NCBI GenBank assembly: GCA_048013815.1 | Contig: CM106585.1 | Span: 5,828,001-5,892,000, forward strand | Reading direction: 5' to 3' | Origin: Setoptus koraiensis | Taxonomy: Eukaryota > Animalia > Arthropoda | Length of the DNA stretch: 64,000 nt | In this document: one piece after another, positions 45,201 through 58,362 of the stretch | Layout of the letters: each line of letters begins with the position of its first letter | Position numbering within the stretch: position 1 is the first letter of the stretch | Translations under genes and position numbers: made by a program | The notes under the pieces: generated by a model | Seen by the model: only the letters and a program-made list of their open reading frames with translations | Database searches by the model: none | Told to the model about the DNA's origin: nothing

Positions 45201-48200
45201 ATAGAATAAAAAAAGTTGCAAGTTGATCAGTTGGTGGGCTCATTACATAACATTGTGTGGCATCAAAAGCTGGTGCATGGCAGTCATTAGTTGTGGTGCT
45301 CGCTGTGTGCATTACATACGAGTGCCCTATGTCACATAGGCTATGTGTCATCATCGAAAGCGAATCGACGCTGATCGGTGGCTCACATGTCAGCCATTAA
45401 CTAGCCAGCGGCCAACAAGACGATCATTATTGGTGACACACACACAACAACAACAAGTTGAGCTAACTCGATTTATTGCTGGTACAAGTAAAGCAAATAC
45501 CGCACACAACAAGCTCTGGTTGTGTCAGCTCCGATCAGCTGAGTGTGATGCCGTGTGGCCGTTGTGTGGGCCGACACGATGCTTGTTGTGTGAAAAGATA
45601 CTATTTTGGTTTATTTAATTGATAGTGGAGCAGGCAGCATTATTGAGCCGCTGCCGTTGTTGTCGGCGCTGCCGTTGTTGTCGGTGTAATGATGGTGTTT
45701 GACTTGGCCAACTGCCATACGTCATAACCGAGTCAGTGTGTCATTGTTGCGCAACAACAAGCGCCGTCTGTCTCACTCATTTATCTCACAAGGATGAACA
45801 GCGGCAATGAAAGGATTGATTGGCATACAATTGGCACAGGGCTGACATGGGACTGGGACATTGATATAGGATTGACACACAGCACACACACTGAACACAC
45901 TGAACACACTGAACAAGAGCCAACAACAAGTGGCAAACAAACAAAGCTATCATTAGCCGGCCACAGCAACACAACCGACGGGGACCACACATGCGCCAAC
46001 ACAACAGCGCTCTGTTGCGAGCGAGCGATGATCTAGTTTCTGAGCAAATACACACACACACACAATATCCCATAATTAGAGCTCAATTATCATTATTGAT
46101 CCGAACCTGGCCACTGTGGGCCTAATGTGGCCAATGTCCGTACACACTATATGGCAGATACACTAGTACACTGGTACTAGTCACCTGTTCATGACCATTA
46201 CGACATTGTGTGCCGTAACGGTCAATATCTGCTAATATCTGGTGCTGCTGATACAGAAAAAATCCCTATAGGCTGTAATAATTCGCTCTGAGCGATAGGG
46301 CTGTGAAGGCGCTTCGTGTCCAGCAGAATGCGCACTGACACCGGCGAGCGTCACACGTCATGACATGTCAGGACGTTGTGTGTCAAAAGTCAGGACGTTG
46401 TGTGTCGAAAAGATTGACTTGTCCCGAAAAGAATCGCCACAAACAAGCGCGCACAATGGCAACGGCTGCTGATAAACATTGTGTAATGGTGTTTCTCGTT
46501 CGTAATGGTCTGTCGTTCGCAATTCTCTGTCGCTGGCCGGCAGCAGCAACAGCAACAACAGCAACAAATGGTTCATGAGCTCACCAGAGGCACAACCAGC
46601 AACAAGTGCACAACCAGCTACAAATGAGCAACGAAGTGGGCAACACACATGAGCAATAAATGTATAGTGTAGCACGGTAGGTGTATCGCCGTCAAATGGC
46701 ATATGGACGTATGGTCTGGCGATACGACGTCGCCGCGACCATATGCGAATGGGCAATATCCGGCTGGCGGAAAAGTATGAAATGAAATGTGTAACGGAGC
46801 TCGAGATGCACTTAATTAGAATTGATCGCCGGTCGCTCGTTGTTGTCTGTCGGGCCGATTTGTCGATGTGTCAGGCGCGACACCGTACGATAATACATAC
46901 AGATAATACATATTACCCGATACATATAATGCATATTACATGATACATATAAATTATGTTATATAATACATGCAATGTAATATCCACAATACAAGATATC
47001 GGTTGGCAGACGGCCAACGTTTGGACAGCGAACAACGATAACGACGATTAACGGTGCTGACCAGACACACAGATCATTACGAGCGACCCATCGTTGGACG
47101 GCGGGCGCATGTGAGACGGTGTCATCATTAGCACAATAATCAGCCGGGCCAGCAAAATTGTATCGAATCATTTTTGTGTGTCTAGACTGTAGATAGGATA
47201 AGATGTGTGTACCTGTACAACACAAATGGTGTTTGTATTTGCGAACGGCATAGGCACAAACAATTATCAGATGAGAGATACGCGAGATATCAGCGGACGA
47301 CGGGCACCAGACACAACACACCATAAAGAGCATTGCCCTCCGCGTTGCTGTTTGTTGTTGTTGCTGTTTGTTGTTGTTGCTGCTGTTGCTTGTTTGTGTT
47401 CCAATTGCCACTTCAATCCAAAGATCAATTCACCTGTGTGTCAGTCGCCCAAGTGCCAGCGTATGTGTCTTACCGATGCCAGTTACATTGTTGTTGCGTT
47501 TGACCAGTGGTAATTAACATTGACTCATGTTGTAAACACACAACGTTAACATCAATACATAACAAAATGCAACGCACATATCGCACATTGGCGCGCATTT
47601 ACACTCATCATTATCATTACAATGGATAAATGGTTAATTTACATAGATCACACACTCATAACATTAAATTCGTTCACAATTGTCAGTGTTTGTTGTGGTT
47701 GGGCCTGCAGTGACTATGGTCATGGCAGTGCAACGCCATAATGCCAAAACGAACCGCTTGTGCATAATGAGCGCCATTGAGCCAACAACAACAACAACAA
47801 CAACAGTGCCGAGTGATTATCTTCTCACATGTTGGTGTCGTCAGACCTTGGCTAACATCTCGCCGGTTTGTGATAGCTCGCACACAAGCCGACTACCCAC
47901 CAAACTAGCGCCAGCAAAACCAGCGCCAACCAAACCAGCGCCAGCTGAAATACAATAAAACGATTTGAAATAGCTACACGTCCGACAAGGATAATCGGAC
48001 AGCTATCGCCAATCAATTCTATGCACTTGTTGCCATCGAAAAACAAACTTTAGCCGAGCAACAAAACAAGGCCCATGTTGCCTATGCGGTCACCTATGCT
48101 TTGCTTGCGCACCTGTGCAACGAAACGAGTGGGCCACCTAATTGGTGCCTTTGTCGTCGAACAATGGCAAGCTTCTTTTCTTTTCAATTAATTGCCTGAT

Positions 48201-50943
48201 GAACTCTTTCGGATTCCTTTGTTGTTGATGTGTTTGTTGCGGCCGATTCTCTATTATCCGCGCTGTGTGTGTGTGTGTGTTGCTGTATCGCTCGATCGGT
48301 GGTGCCTATACAACAAACCGCAACAGCAACAACAACAACAATTAATACCGAGACTCACTAACAGCGACACTGTTCACGCCAACATGTCGGACAGCATGCT
48401 GCAAACGTCACGCCAATGTATCCAGTGTTGTCATTGTTTCACCAGCTACCTCGTGCCCACTCTCAGATACGCTGCCCCCTAATGGCAACAACAAGTACCC
48501 TCGTTTGGGCCCTCATCAAACCGTTTCGTTGGTGTTCGTGTTGCAGGCGAACACAAAAACAAGGCAATATTGTCTAGTGACAGTTGTCGCCGGCGAAATA
48601 TGTTACCGAGCCGAACAATGTCGACACTACAGTTGTAGCATAGTCACTTACCTGCGCTAAGCATTTGAATAATGATGATATTCATGGCCTGAACCACCTT
48701 GGTCACCATGGGCACTTTCTTAATTGTTTGTGGCCATCTGATACCATCAGTGTCGTCGTCGCCATCACTGTTGTCACTGTTGTTGGAGTCGGCAACACTA
48801 TGCAATTGCAATGGCGATTCTGTTGGCAACTTGTTGTTTTTATTAGCTTCTTGTCCCTGGCCGTTGTTAGTCACTATCGCTGCCACTGCTGATGACTGCT
48901 TAATGTCCAATTTATCACTTGTAATTACGTTTGTCGTCGTCGTCGTGGTTGTTGTCGCCGTTGTCGTGGTTGTTGTTTGGCCGATTGTCGTTGCTTTTGC
49001 TGTCGTTGTTGCTGTCACTAGCGAGTGAGCCGAAACAGCTGTTAATAGTTTGAAACGTTCATTGATTTCGGCACTCGGTATTTCTAGAACTTCATTTAGC
49101 AAAGAGGATATAACAACAACAGGTTAGTTAGTTATTATTAGTGCGTTGTGAATAATGAAGACAAACGTGAGAAGACAATTAAGCGACCAGTTAAATTAAG
49201 ACAATCGCTCGTATAGTATAATAATCATGTTGTATCTGCTTGCCCTATTAACTTTTAACCAAACATAATGGCTGATTGACACCTTCACTGGTGCACTGAC
49301 TCTGTCGGATTGTTGTTCATTGTTTACGACGACACCACTTGACAGTTGTGGAGGCACAAATTAACTTTTCATTGAATTGGACGCAACAACTAGCTAACAA
49401 GCATGCATGACTGACCCAAAATAAACGGCTGCTCTCATGCTCGCATGAGATTGATGCCACCAACTTGACTGTTGCTGCAAATATCCAGCCATCATCTTGT
49501 CATTCTTTCAAGTTGATATAGGTTTTTACGGTGAGACGGAAAGCAGCAAATATTATCATATCTAAAACAGTTGTGGGTGCGCTCTAGCGGCGCATCGAGT
49601 CGTCGCCAGTCCGGATAACTGTCAACTTTTAGGGCCCTTTCACGAAATTGTGGCATCCAAATTCACATTTAAGTTAAATGATTCAACGATTTTCTATGAA
49701 CTGAACGAGTCCCTGTCTCGGTGGCAGGTTCAACTGGGATAAACTGGGTGACTGACTTGTGAAAAAAAAGGACAATAACGATGAGACGGCCGTCGGCTGA
49801 AACAATTTCAAACTTTCGCGCGTGTTCTATATTGGCGCGTAATGGCGTCTGCAAGGGCCTCTCTATACGTAACGCTAACTGGAAAAATGTAATCGCCATT
49901 TTTTCGATACACTACACTCTAACAAATATCAATTAATATCAAAATATTTCGTTAATAATTATTTACATACTATTAGTAACAATACTATTACTTATTATTG
50001 GTGATTACTATCGCTATTTACAGTTGTTAGTCGGACTACACAGTGTTATTAATAATTGCACCAGCGTCTCGAGATAATGATCTTGTTATTATCGTGCATG
50101 TTTGTCTAATGATTGCTAACTCTTATACAGAGACTCCATTGGCTATCGGCAGACGACTGTTTGTTGCGAACAGATAAATCTACTGTATAGATTACAATCA
50201 ATCATCCATTAGATTAGTCGTGCAGTTGCATTTGGATGAGTAGCCGAATATCATCAGGCTGAATATCATCAGTTCGGATACCATCAACATCTTTGACGTA
50301 TCACAACCGACGGTGAGCAACGGTGGCAGCAGCATGCGGACACTGCCAATCAGAGACACTGATGTGGATCTTTTTGAGGTGGCTATGACGAGAGACGCCA
50401 ATGAAGACAGCGATGCCGATGGTAAAACAAAGAGGCGAAAAGGCAAGTCTTGCAGCATAATGGAAGCTTCATTAATAATCATTAGCTGGATGATCATTGT
50501 TTATAGCTAATTATTGACAAAGAAAAGAAACTCCTACGGACAGCATGAGCGTTGCTTGGACTTTATAGCGCACTTGAGAAGAACCACTTTTTCACGATGA
50601 TAACAAAGCTATTTGGTCAATTGACATGACTGTGCGTCTAGACTGCTCTAACGAGCACTTCGCATTTGAGCATTTGAATCTCTAGCATCTCATCACTGTC
50701 TGGCAAAGCGAGAAGAAATATCATCACACACACCGTCTATTGAAAGCGACGAGAATCATTTGCCAATGATACTGTCGACGATTTGTGGAGAGCCGCTCAA
50801 GTGTTTGCGAAGTATGGAGTTGACTGTATGAAAACATCGAGGGATCTCATGTGATATGGTGGATGCAAGTGTGACCGATAAGAAGCAGAATTAAGTGAAG
50901 AAGACAGAGAAGAAGCAGAGAAAAGTTTGTTTGGATTTGGAAA

Positions 50944-50974
<31 letters not shown>

Positions 50975-53900
50975 ATTTCGGCCCATTCACTTCTAAGGTC
51001 AAGGTCGGCCAGGTAAAAGTGTGCACACACATTCTGTGCTCCCTTAATAATCAGACACTGATGGTTAAATTGCTAAACATTTATTTATCTATGTTGTGTG
51101 ATGGTTTTAGAAGATCGACAAACATGCTGCATGACCATGCTGCTGATGATGATGACGTTACTACCATATAGTATAATTAGTAATGGCTATCCTGGCTACA
51201 TAATGCCGCCCTTTGCAACAGGTAACTGCTGGCAACTCTCCATGGCACATTACATAACAGCATTTTTCTCGAGAAGATTAACAGGTAATAGCATAAGCAA
51301 AACACGCTCACTTGTTGGCCATCTATTAATGATCACATGATGGGCAATGGCGCTACAAGTGGATAAGCCAGCCAATGGACACAACACACATTCTAACGAG
51401 CTAATTTGAGGCTAACAATTGCGAGTTTCGCCAATTTCAAATCAACTCCTCGCGGAGGCAACCATTCCATTGGAAGTGAACGGCTTGCACAGTCACTATT
51501 TAAGACTGCTGCTGCTGCTGAAAACTGAGTGATGAGGTTAATATCGGATGCCGATTGTTGTTTGCGTTGCAACGATCGGCCCTCATTAGTGTCCAGCTGG
51601 ACAGATTTCGCATACAGCACCGACTCGGAGGAGCACACAACAACATAGAAACTGGCCAAGACGCCTCAATGGATTGAGCATATCTTACAGACGGATAAAA
51701 GTTGAAAGTGGACTCAATTTGAATGTATTGGCACAACTTCTAATCTAAGGATCGTACGTTCGGCCGGCGAAAATGTCCCACAACAAGAGATAAGATCTGT
51801 TGCTGGTGCCCAGTGTTCGTCGAGAGTGAAACCAGCTAGCTAACGTTATTGCTGCCGATTGCTTTCCAACAATCCGCAATGTTTCGCTCAGTTACTTCTA
51901 TTTGGAGACGCTCGTTAGGACGCTCTATTAAAACGGTCGCAATGGCACCGGCACGAAATGTCGCCATAATTCGAGACGACGAGAAAGTGATGTGATTATA
52001 TCATGATTACAAGCGTGCGTAGTGTGTGATGCTGAAAGTTAAAAACGCCACCAGACACAGAAAGCTGAAGATTGGCAGCGATTGCGAGCCATTAGAGGCT
52101 GTGTAGCCATGCATATTTTGCTTTTTTTTCTCTCTTTCTGTTGTGAGACCAGACCAACGAGAAGGAAGAAGAGAGTGGCCAGAACTGGAGTGGCTTTCTA
52201 GAGCTCCATTCTAGGACCAATTACAATTACGAGAAAGAAGATGACCACTGAGACCACTGGCCCACCATTGGCTTAAATGGCGATGACCAGTGGCGCAACA
52301 GGTTAGTGGCGGCGTGGTCAGGTTCGCCGGCGAGAGTTGAATTCTAACGTGTGATGATGTAACACCGTGATTGAGCTCGCTGGAGCAAGGCACGCCTGTT
52401 CGGCTGCGGCGGCCGAAAATCGGTCGCCACCAGCCAGTGGCCGAAACGCATTCGGATAGGAGGAAGTCATTGATGCCGACGACGGCGGCGGCGGCGGACG
52501 GAGCAACCATCCAAGACAGCAAACAGCGTGGCCATTGCAGCGTCGCAAGGGGACAAAGAGAAGCCCGAGGAGAGCGTCGAGCTCAACAGGGCCATCAGCA
52601 GCAGCAGCCAAGGAATCGCCTATTGGAAACTAGCAAATTATAGCATGCCTATGTTTGTGTGTAATGGCGACGATCACCTGTGCGCTGCCCGGTCGGTCAG
52701 CCGGCCGGCCGGCCGGCTGCCGGTCGGACAATCGAGAGAAGAATCGGAGAAATCGCTCACAAGAATGGACACACTAACGTACTGGCATTGCACAGCGTCG
52801 AAGCTTCGAAAGATGACGTTACACATGGCTAGTTCCAATGGCTGCCTCGTGAGTTTGTGTGCGCAAGACCCGGCACCTGTCTGTTTGCTATCTCGGCGCG
52901 ATTTTGTCACTGGCGGCCGTGCGATGGTCATTATTATATAATCCATGTATGGTAGTGTGTGTGTCTCGTGTTGGTTGGTTGGTGTCGACCGAGACGTCGG
53001 AGCGGAGAGTCGACAATGAGAGGTTGCAGGCGGTTGCAAACAACAACAACAGGCACACTCTTCTCTACGAACGACGAGACAAATACCAGATATTGCGCAA
53101 CTTGATTGGTAGGGCCGTCGACCAGATCGACGGCGCTCCGCTCAACAAACTAATTAACTAACTGCTCACCTGGCTAACTAACCATAATCCTAACTATATC
53201 TACAGTGCCCCTACCCATAAGCCACCGGCGTGCCTGTGAGCACAACAGCGGGGTGGTCTGACTGCAATCTGACTGTTTGGAGCACACAATGAAACAGCGT
53301 TACAAGCGGGGGAGCTTATTTCTCTTATATCATCGTTGGACGGACCGAGTGGCATTGTTTTTGTTTGCTCTAGCCAGCTAATAGACATAGCTACAGGCTC
53401 CAGAAAAAGCGGCAAGCGGCCAAACGATGATATAAGAGAATGAAACAAGCAACAGGCAAACAAACAAGCGGCTCATCCGCATGCGGACCATACAGGTGAA
53501 GCACACACATGTGGGGACAAGAATGACAGGAGAGTTCAATAGACAAGGACAATAATTATCGGGCAGCTTGCCACTACTTACAATTGAGCATATCTTGCAT
53601 GGCATTATTGATGCTGCCAATGTCGTCGCTGTTGCTGGCGATTTCGGCGTTGTTGTTGCTGTTGTTGTCGTCATTCATGATTGGCTTAAATGACGCCGGA
53701 GATGAGGAGGGCGACGAGGACGATGCCATGGAAGAGGACGACGACGACACCGAGGAAGAGGATGACAACGACGACAGCACCTCCGACGAGTACGACGAAG
53801 CCGAAGTCGCGCTCGACGACACCAACACGGGCTTGGCCATGCCCACGCTTACGCCCACACCCGCGCCCACATCCATGGGTGCAGCAGCCATGGTCAGCGG

Positions 53901-56277
53901 TATGGGCATCATCATGTAGTGCGTGTGGTAGTTCAAGTGGAAATGGTGTTGCTGTTGACCGGGCGGCGCATTGGCGACAGTTTGGGCGCTTGCGGCCCCG
54001 TTGATGGCATGCTCGGCTGTCGCTGTTGCGTTCGTCAACGGGGCACCCAGGGTACCCTGACGAACGGCCGTTGACAAGCTATCACTTGTTTGCGCAAACT
54101 GACCCGCGGACGCGCCGACAGCTCGTCGAGACCGCTCGCTGTTGTCGTTGTTGCTGCTGGTGTTGTTGTCGTTGCCGCTGCTGTTGTTGTTGCCTAGACA
54201 CAATGCCAGCTTGTTTCTGTCTGTCGTGTGATGATTTGTTTGGTTAGATGGCGTTGTTGGTTTGGCTTGGTCGGCGCCGTTTGTCAGCTGCTGCTTCTGG
54301 CTTGCTGGCGATGCTAATTTTCTGGCGCTACTGCCAGTGTCATTGGCGCACTTGTTGTTACTGTTGCTCTTATTCATCAACGACTTCCTTTGTCTTTCTT
54401 GTTCGTCTAGGCGCAATTGATCTAAGGCACTTTGTTTGCATGGCAACTGGGGATATTGAGAATCATCTGATGACGCCACAACAATTGTTGCGCAACAGTT
54501 GCTGTGGTTCATTTGTTTGCTTGTCTGGTCGTTGTTGGCGCTGTTGTCGCGGGCCGGTTCTGGTTCAATTGACGACGACGACGAGTCCGACTTTGAGCCA
54601 TAGGCCGACATTGAGGACGATGTCGATGATTTGAACGACTTTGAGGAGGACGACGATGTCGACGACGAAGAGGCTTCAGCGGACTGACACTTGAGCTCAC
54701 TAGATATACTGGGCGACAATGAATAGGAGTTGTAAGAAGAAGGCGATTGTTGCATAACAGTGTGCTGATGTTGCTGCTGTTGTTGACAATAGTGTCCGGT
54801 GCACTGATTGCCAGTGTTGTCGTTGTTGGTGTTGTGCTGTTGCAAGCTGCCACTATATAACTGATGCTGATGATGATGTTGATGGTGCTGCTGTTGGGCA
54901 AAAGCAGCCATCTGATGGCTCTGTTGGCTGGCCATTATTAGTTGTTGATGTTGTTGTTGGTTGGCGGCAAACAATGCGGCCGCTGTTATGAAAGCGCCAT
55001 TATTATTTATTGGATGACTAATGAAATACGGCGAGTGCTCTCGATGATTGTTGTGATGATTATAAAACTGCCTGTTGTTGCAATCAAAACAATCACTGCA
55101 ATTGGTGTCGGCCGGCGCCGCTGATGATGGCACTTTGTGTTGGTCAGTGATTTTAACGAACGAGGATCGTCTATTAGCATTATTATTATTATTATTGCCA
55201 TGCAAATTTGACGTCGACGACAACGACGAAGAGGAAGCGCAAGACACGGAGCCTCTGTGCTCGTGATAACATTTTGCAAATTCCTTCTCTAGATCGTAGT
55301 AGCAATACCAATATTTGGCCAATTGTATAGCGTGACTGTTGATGGCCTCGGGATGGATAACCTGGCGCAGGTGAAGCGGACCCACGGTGACAAATCTAAA
55401 CCGGGCCACTGCAGCATTGCTTGCTGTTGATCGGTCAGTGTTGCCGCCGCCGCCGGCCACTTCCGCTTGCAGTGACAGCTTGTTTTTGTTGTTCTTGTTG
55501 TTTTTCTTGTTTTTGCGACCCGGCTGCTTCATTGGTTGTTGGTAATTCCTTGTTGTTTTGTCATTGTCGCCGCTTGGTGTTTGCGCGCCCGATTTAGGTG
55601 TTGTGTTTGTTGGCGAGCCAGCGTTATTTGGTGCGCATATGACACTTGGTGCTGTTGTTGCTGTTTGCTGGCACAATTTAGCCAAATTATCAGTTATGTA
55701 AGCGTCGAGATATTGTATGAGTTGCTCAAATGAGCAGCCCATCTCGCACAATTGCACCTCGTCCACATCCAACAAGGCCTTGGATTCGAGGCTCATTTGC
55801 TGGTGGGCAGCATTGGTGTTTTTGGCCGGGCCGCTGTCGCCCGTTATTGATTGTTGCGGCGCATCATCGTGGCCACTGATTTGCAATTGGTCCGAAGAGG
55901 CCGCCAATTTGTTGTTGTTCGCTGTCGCGCTGTTGGTCCATCTTGTCGGCTTGACGAGCTTCGACTCGAACGACAGAACCTGCACACCAATCAGTTGATT
56001 AGAATTTGGGATTAATTAATCAGACAAGTCGATTGTTTGCCAATCACAATTCATGCGCACTGCACCATGCATTGTGATCGAGGCCCGAGCCCCGATAATG
56101 GCAAGGCCAATATAGTGTTCAACTCACCTTTTGCGTCTCTGTGTCGATCACTGACCACGCGCAACAAATCACCTGATGCTCGTCACTGCCCAAACGATTG
56201 GATTGATTGCAACCGGAAGTAACAACGTATATTGGCACGAGATATCGGCATTGGTCGTCCATTTCGTGCCCGTCCAT
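39269..56277 (-). CDS. ESRP1: Epithelial splicing regulatory protein / fusilli (DnaQ-like domain + 3 qRRMs), 10 exons
   Basis: Exons 56277-56128, 55979-53582, 49089-48652, 45126-45072, 44497-44387, 44211-44036, 41037-40943, 40838-39945, 39848-39653, 39567 or 39561-39269; all GT-AG with consistent phases. Motifs: [89 protein letters not shown]. Confidence 0.95.
44515..44600. repeat. GGTC/GGCGGT(C/T) degenerate tandem repeat just upstream of the ESRP exon 5 acceptor
   Basis: ggtcggcggtcggtcggcggtcggtcggtcggcggttggtcggcgg read directly. Confidence 0.8.
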
Positions 56278-57539
56278 ATGCTGCTAATTGTGTGATGTGT
56301 GGCGCCAATTGTCGCCACTATTGTCTAATGGCTACGTAATAGAAAATATCTGTGCTGACGATGTGATTGAAATGATGACGACACGCGCTTGCTGTTAATT
56401 AATGGCAATCAAATTGCAATCAATTGCACAACTAATTGGTATCGATTGCGAGCTGACTTGAGGCAATAGTAACTTGAATATTGTAACTTGTTGGACTAGA
56501 TTGATTGACACTTTGGTTGTGCTGCTGCTGTTGCTGTTGACAATCAGACAACTAGCGATCGGCAATCAATTGTCGGCGAGCATTAAAATAACAATTAACA
56601 TTAAAATTGCCAGCGTGTCATTTGTCGATTAACTGTTGACTGTCAATGGCTCATCAGCAACTCTGATGAATGAATCAAATGAATATAATATAATCTTGGT
56701 TAATCGTTGCTCACACAATTATTGCAGATATAGCAAATAGATGAATGTCAACTGGATTCACAGCAACGTATTACGCAGCACGACACAGTCACGTACAAAT
56801 TGACAACTGCTACGAGCAGCGCATTTGCCATCCGATCTGAAGTGATTGCAATTTAAATTTAAATTTGAATTTGAATTTAAATCTCAAGGTTTGAGGTTGT
56901 CAGTTGAGTTGAACTTTTACTGCTGGCTGTCGCCGGCTGGTGCCGCTGTCGCGTTGTAGCCAGTTGTTTGCGGTACAACCAGCAGCAGCAACAACAACCC
57001 GAGCGATCTAACTGTCTTACCCTGCACGGCTAATAATTACAGTGAGTTCTGTCACTTGATGTTGTTTGCTGTTGTTGTGGTTGTTTGCTGTTGCTGTTGT
57101 TGCTCGCGTTGCTGATTATCGTTGGTGGTGCGATGACAATTGTTTCCTCTTTGGAAGGCCACTGGAGATGGGCGATTGCACGGCACGTTTGTTGATATCA
57201 CTCACGGGTAGTCCACATAATGACACACGGGGCGCACGGCGACGATTTGACGATGAATAAAGTGTTATTTTGCATCGCATCACACGCTGTAGTGGATCTG
57301 TCAGTGTCAGATCATCTGTCTCGGCGTGCCGTAGTTGCGCACAGGTGAGTGTGACGCGGTGTGACGCGACCGCACCAATGAGAACGACGAGACGACGGCG
57401 ACGACAACGACAACAAGTATGAGACAAGTGCAACACGCACACTGGCACAATTGTCCGTGTATCGTTATATAACTAAATAGCTAAACTGGCAGCGCAAATG
57501 GCACCTAGTATCGCTGGCTGCATTCGACGGGCTGCACTC

Positions 57540-58322
57540 GACGGGCCGGCGCAGCAGTTTGTCTTAATCAGTTTGTCGGCTGAGTCGCCCGTTGAGCTTG
57601 CGTGAGTCGCTTGCTGCTCGGCTCACGCTGGCTAGACCCCGGCCTGCCCGACAGGTGAGCCCTTGTGAGCCCTTGTGAGCCCTTGTGAGCCTGGCTGGCG
57701 GCGGCGTTGGCAGAGCATGGCCGGGCAAGGTGCCCGGCGGTGCGCAGACACGACAGCGACTCGCATGCGGCAACAGCGCCGACAGCAACAAGTGCAAGTG
57801 CTGCCAACTTGCCTACCTGTCGGGTGCGTTCCTTCGGCTGTCGCTTGTGCGCCGACTCGGCCGGCGAGCCAAGTCGGCGGACAGGTGAGCCGAGTCGGCG
57901 CACAGGTGAGCCGAGTGTCGGCGTGCCAACATGTTGTCGCTGGCGGCGATGCTCGCCAGAGCGGCTTGCCAGAGAGTGGTCGCCGTAATTGTTGTTGCGA
58001 TGCCGGGTCGCGATGTTTGCCTGTCACGTTTGGCCTGTTGGCGGCCCGACAGCGCACAGCGGCCCGACGGTGGAGAGCGGCCCGATGGTATAGAGCGGCT
58101 CAACGGCCAGTGTTATACTGGCAGTATACGGCCCAGTAAACAGCGCTGGCGGGTAGCGGCAAGTGGCTGCACGACGGTACCGGCATTGAGCGGGCACATT
58201 CGGGCCACTCCCGCGGCTGGGCACCGGTACCTGCACCGCATTACCTGTGCGCAAATCACGGCAGCATGCTGGCTGCCGTTGCGGTGCCAGCGTCGCCCTC
58301 GCATGCGCACTGACGCACACCG

Positions 58323-58362
<40 letters not shown>

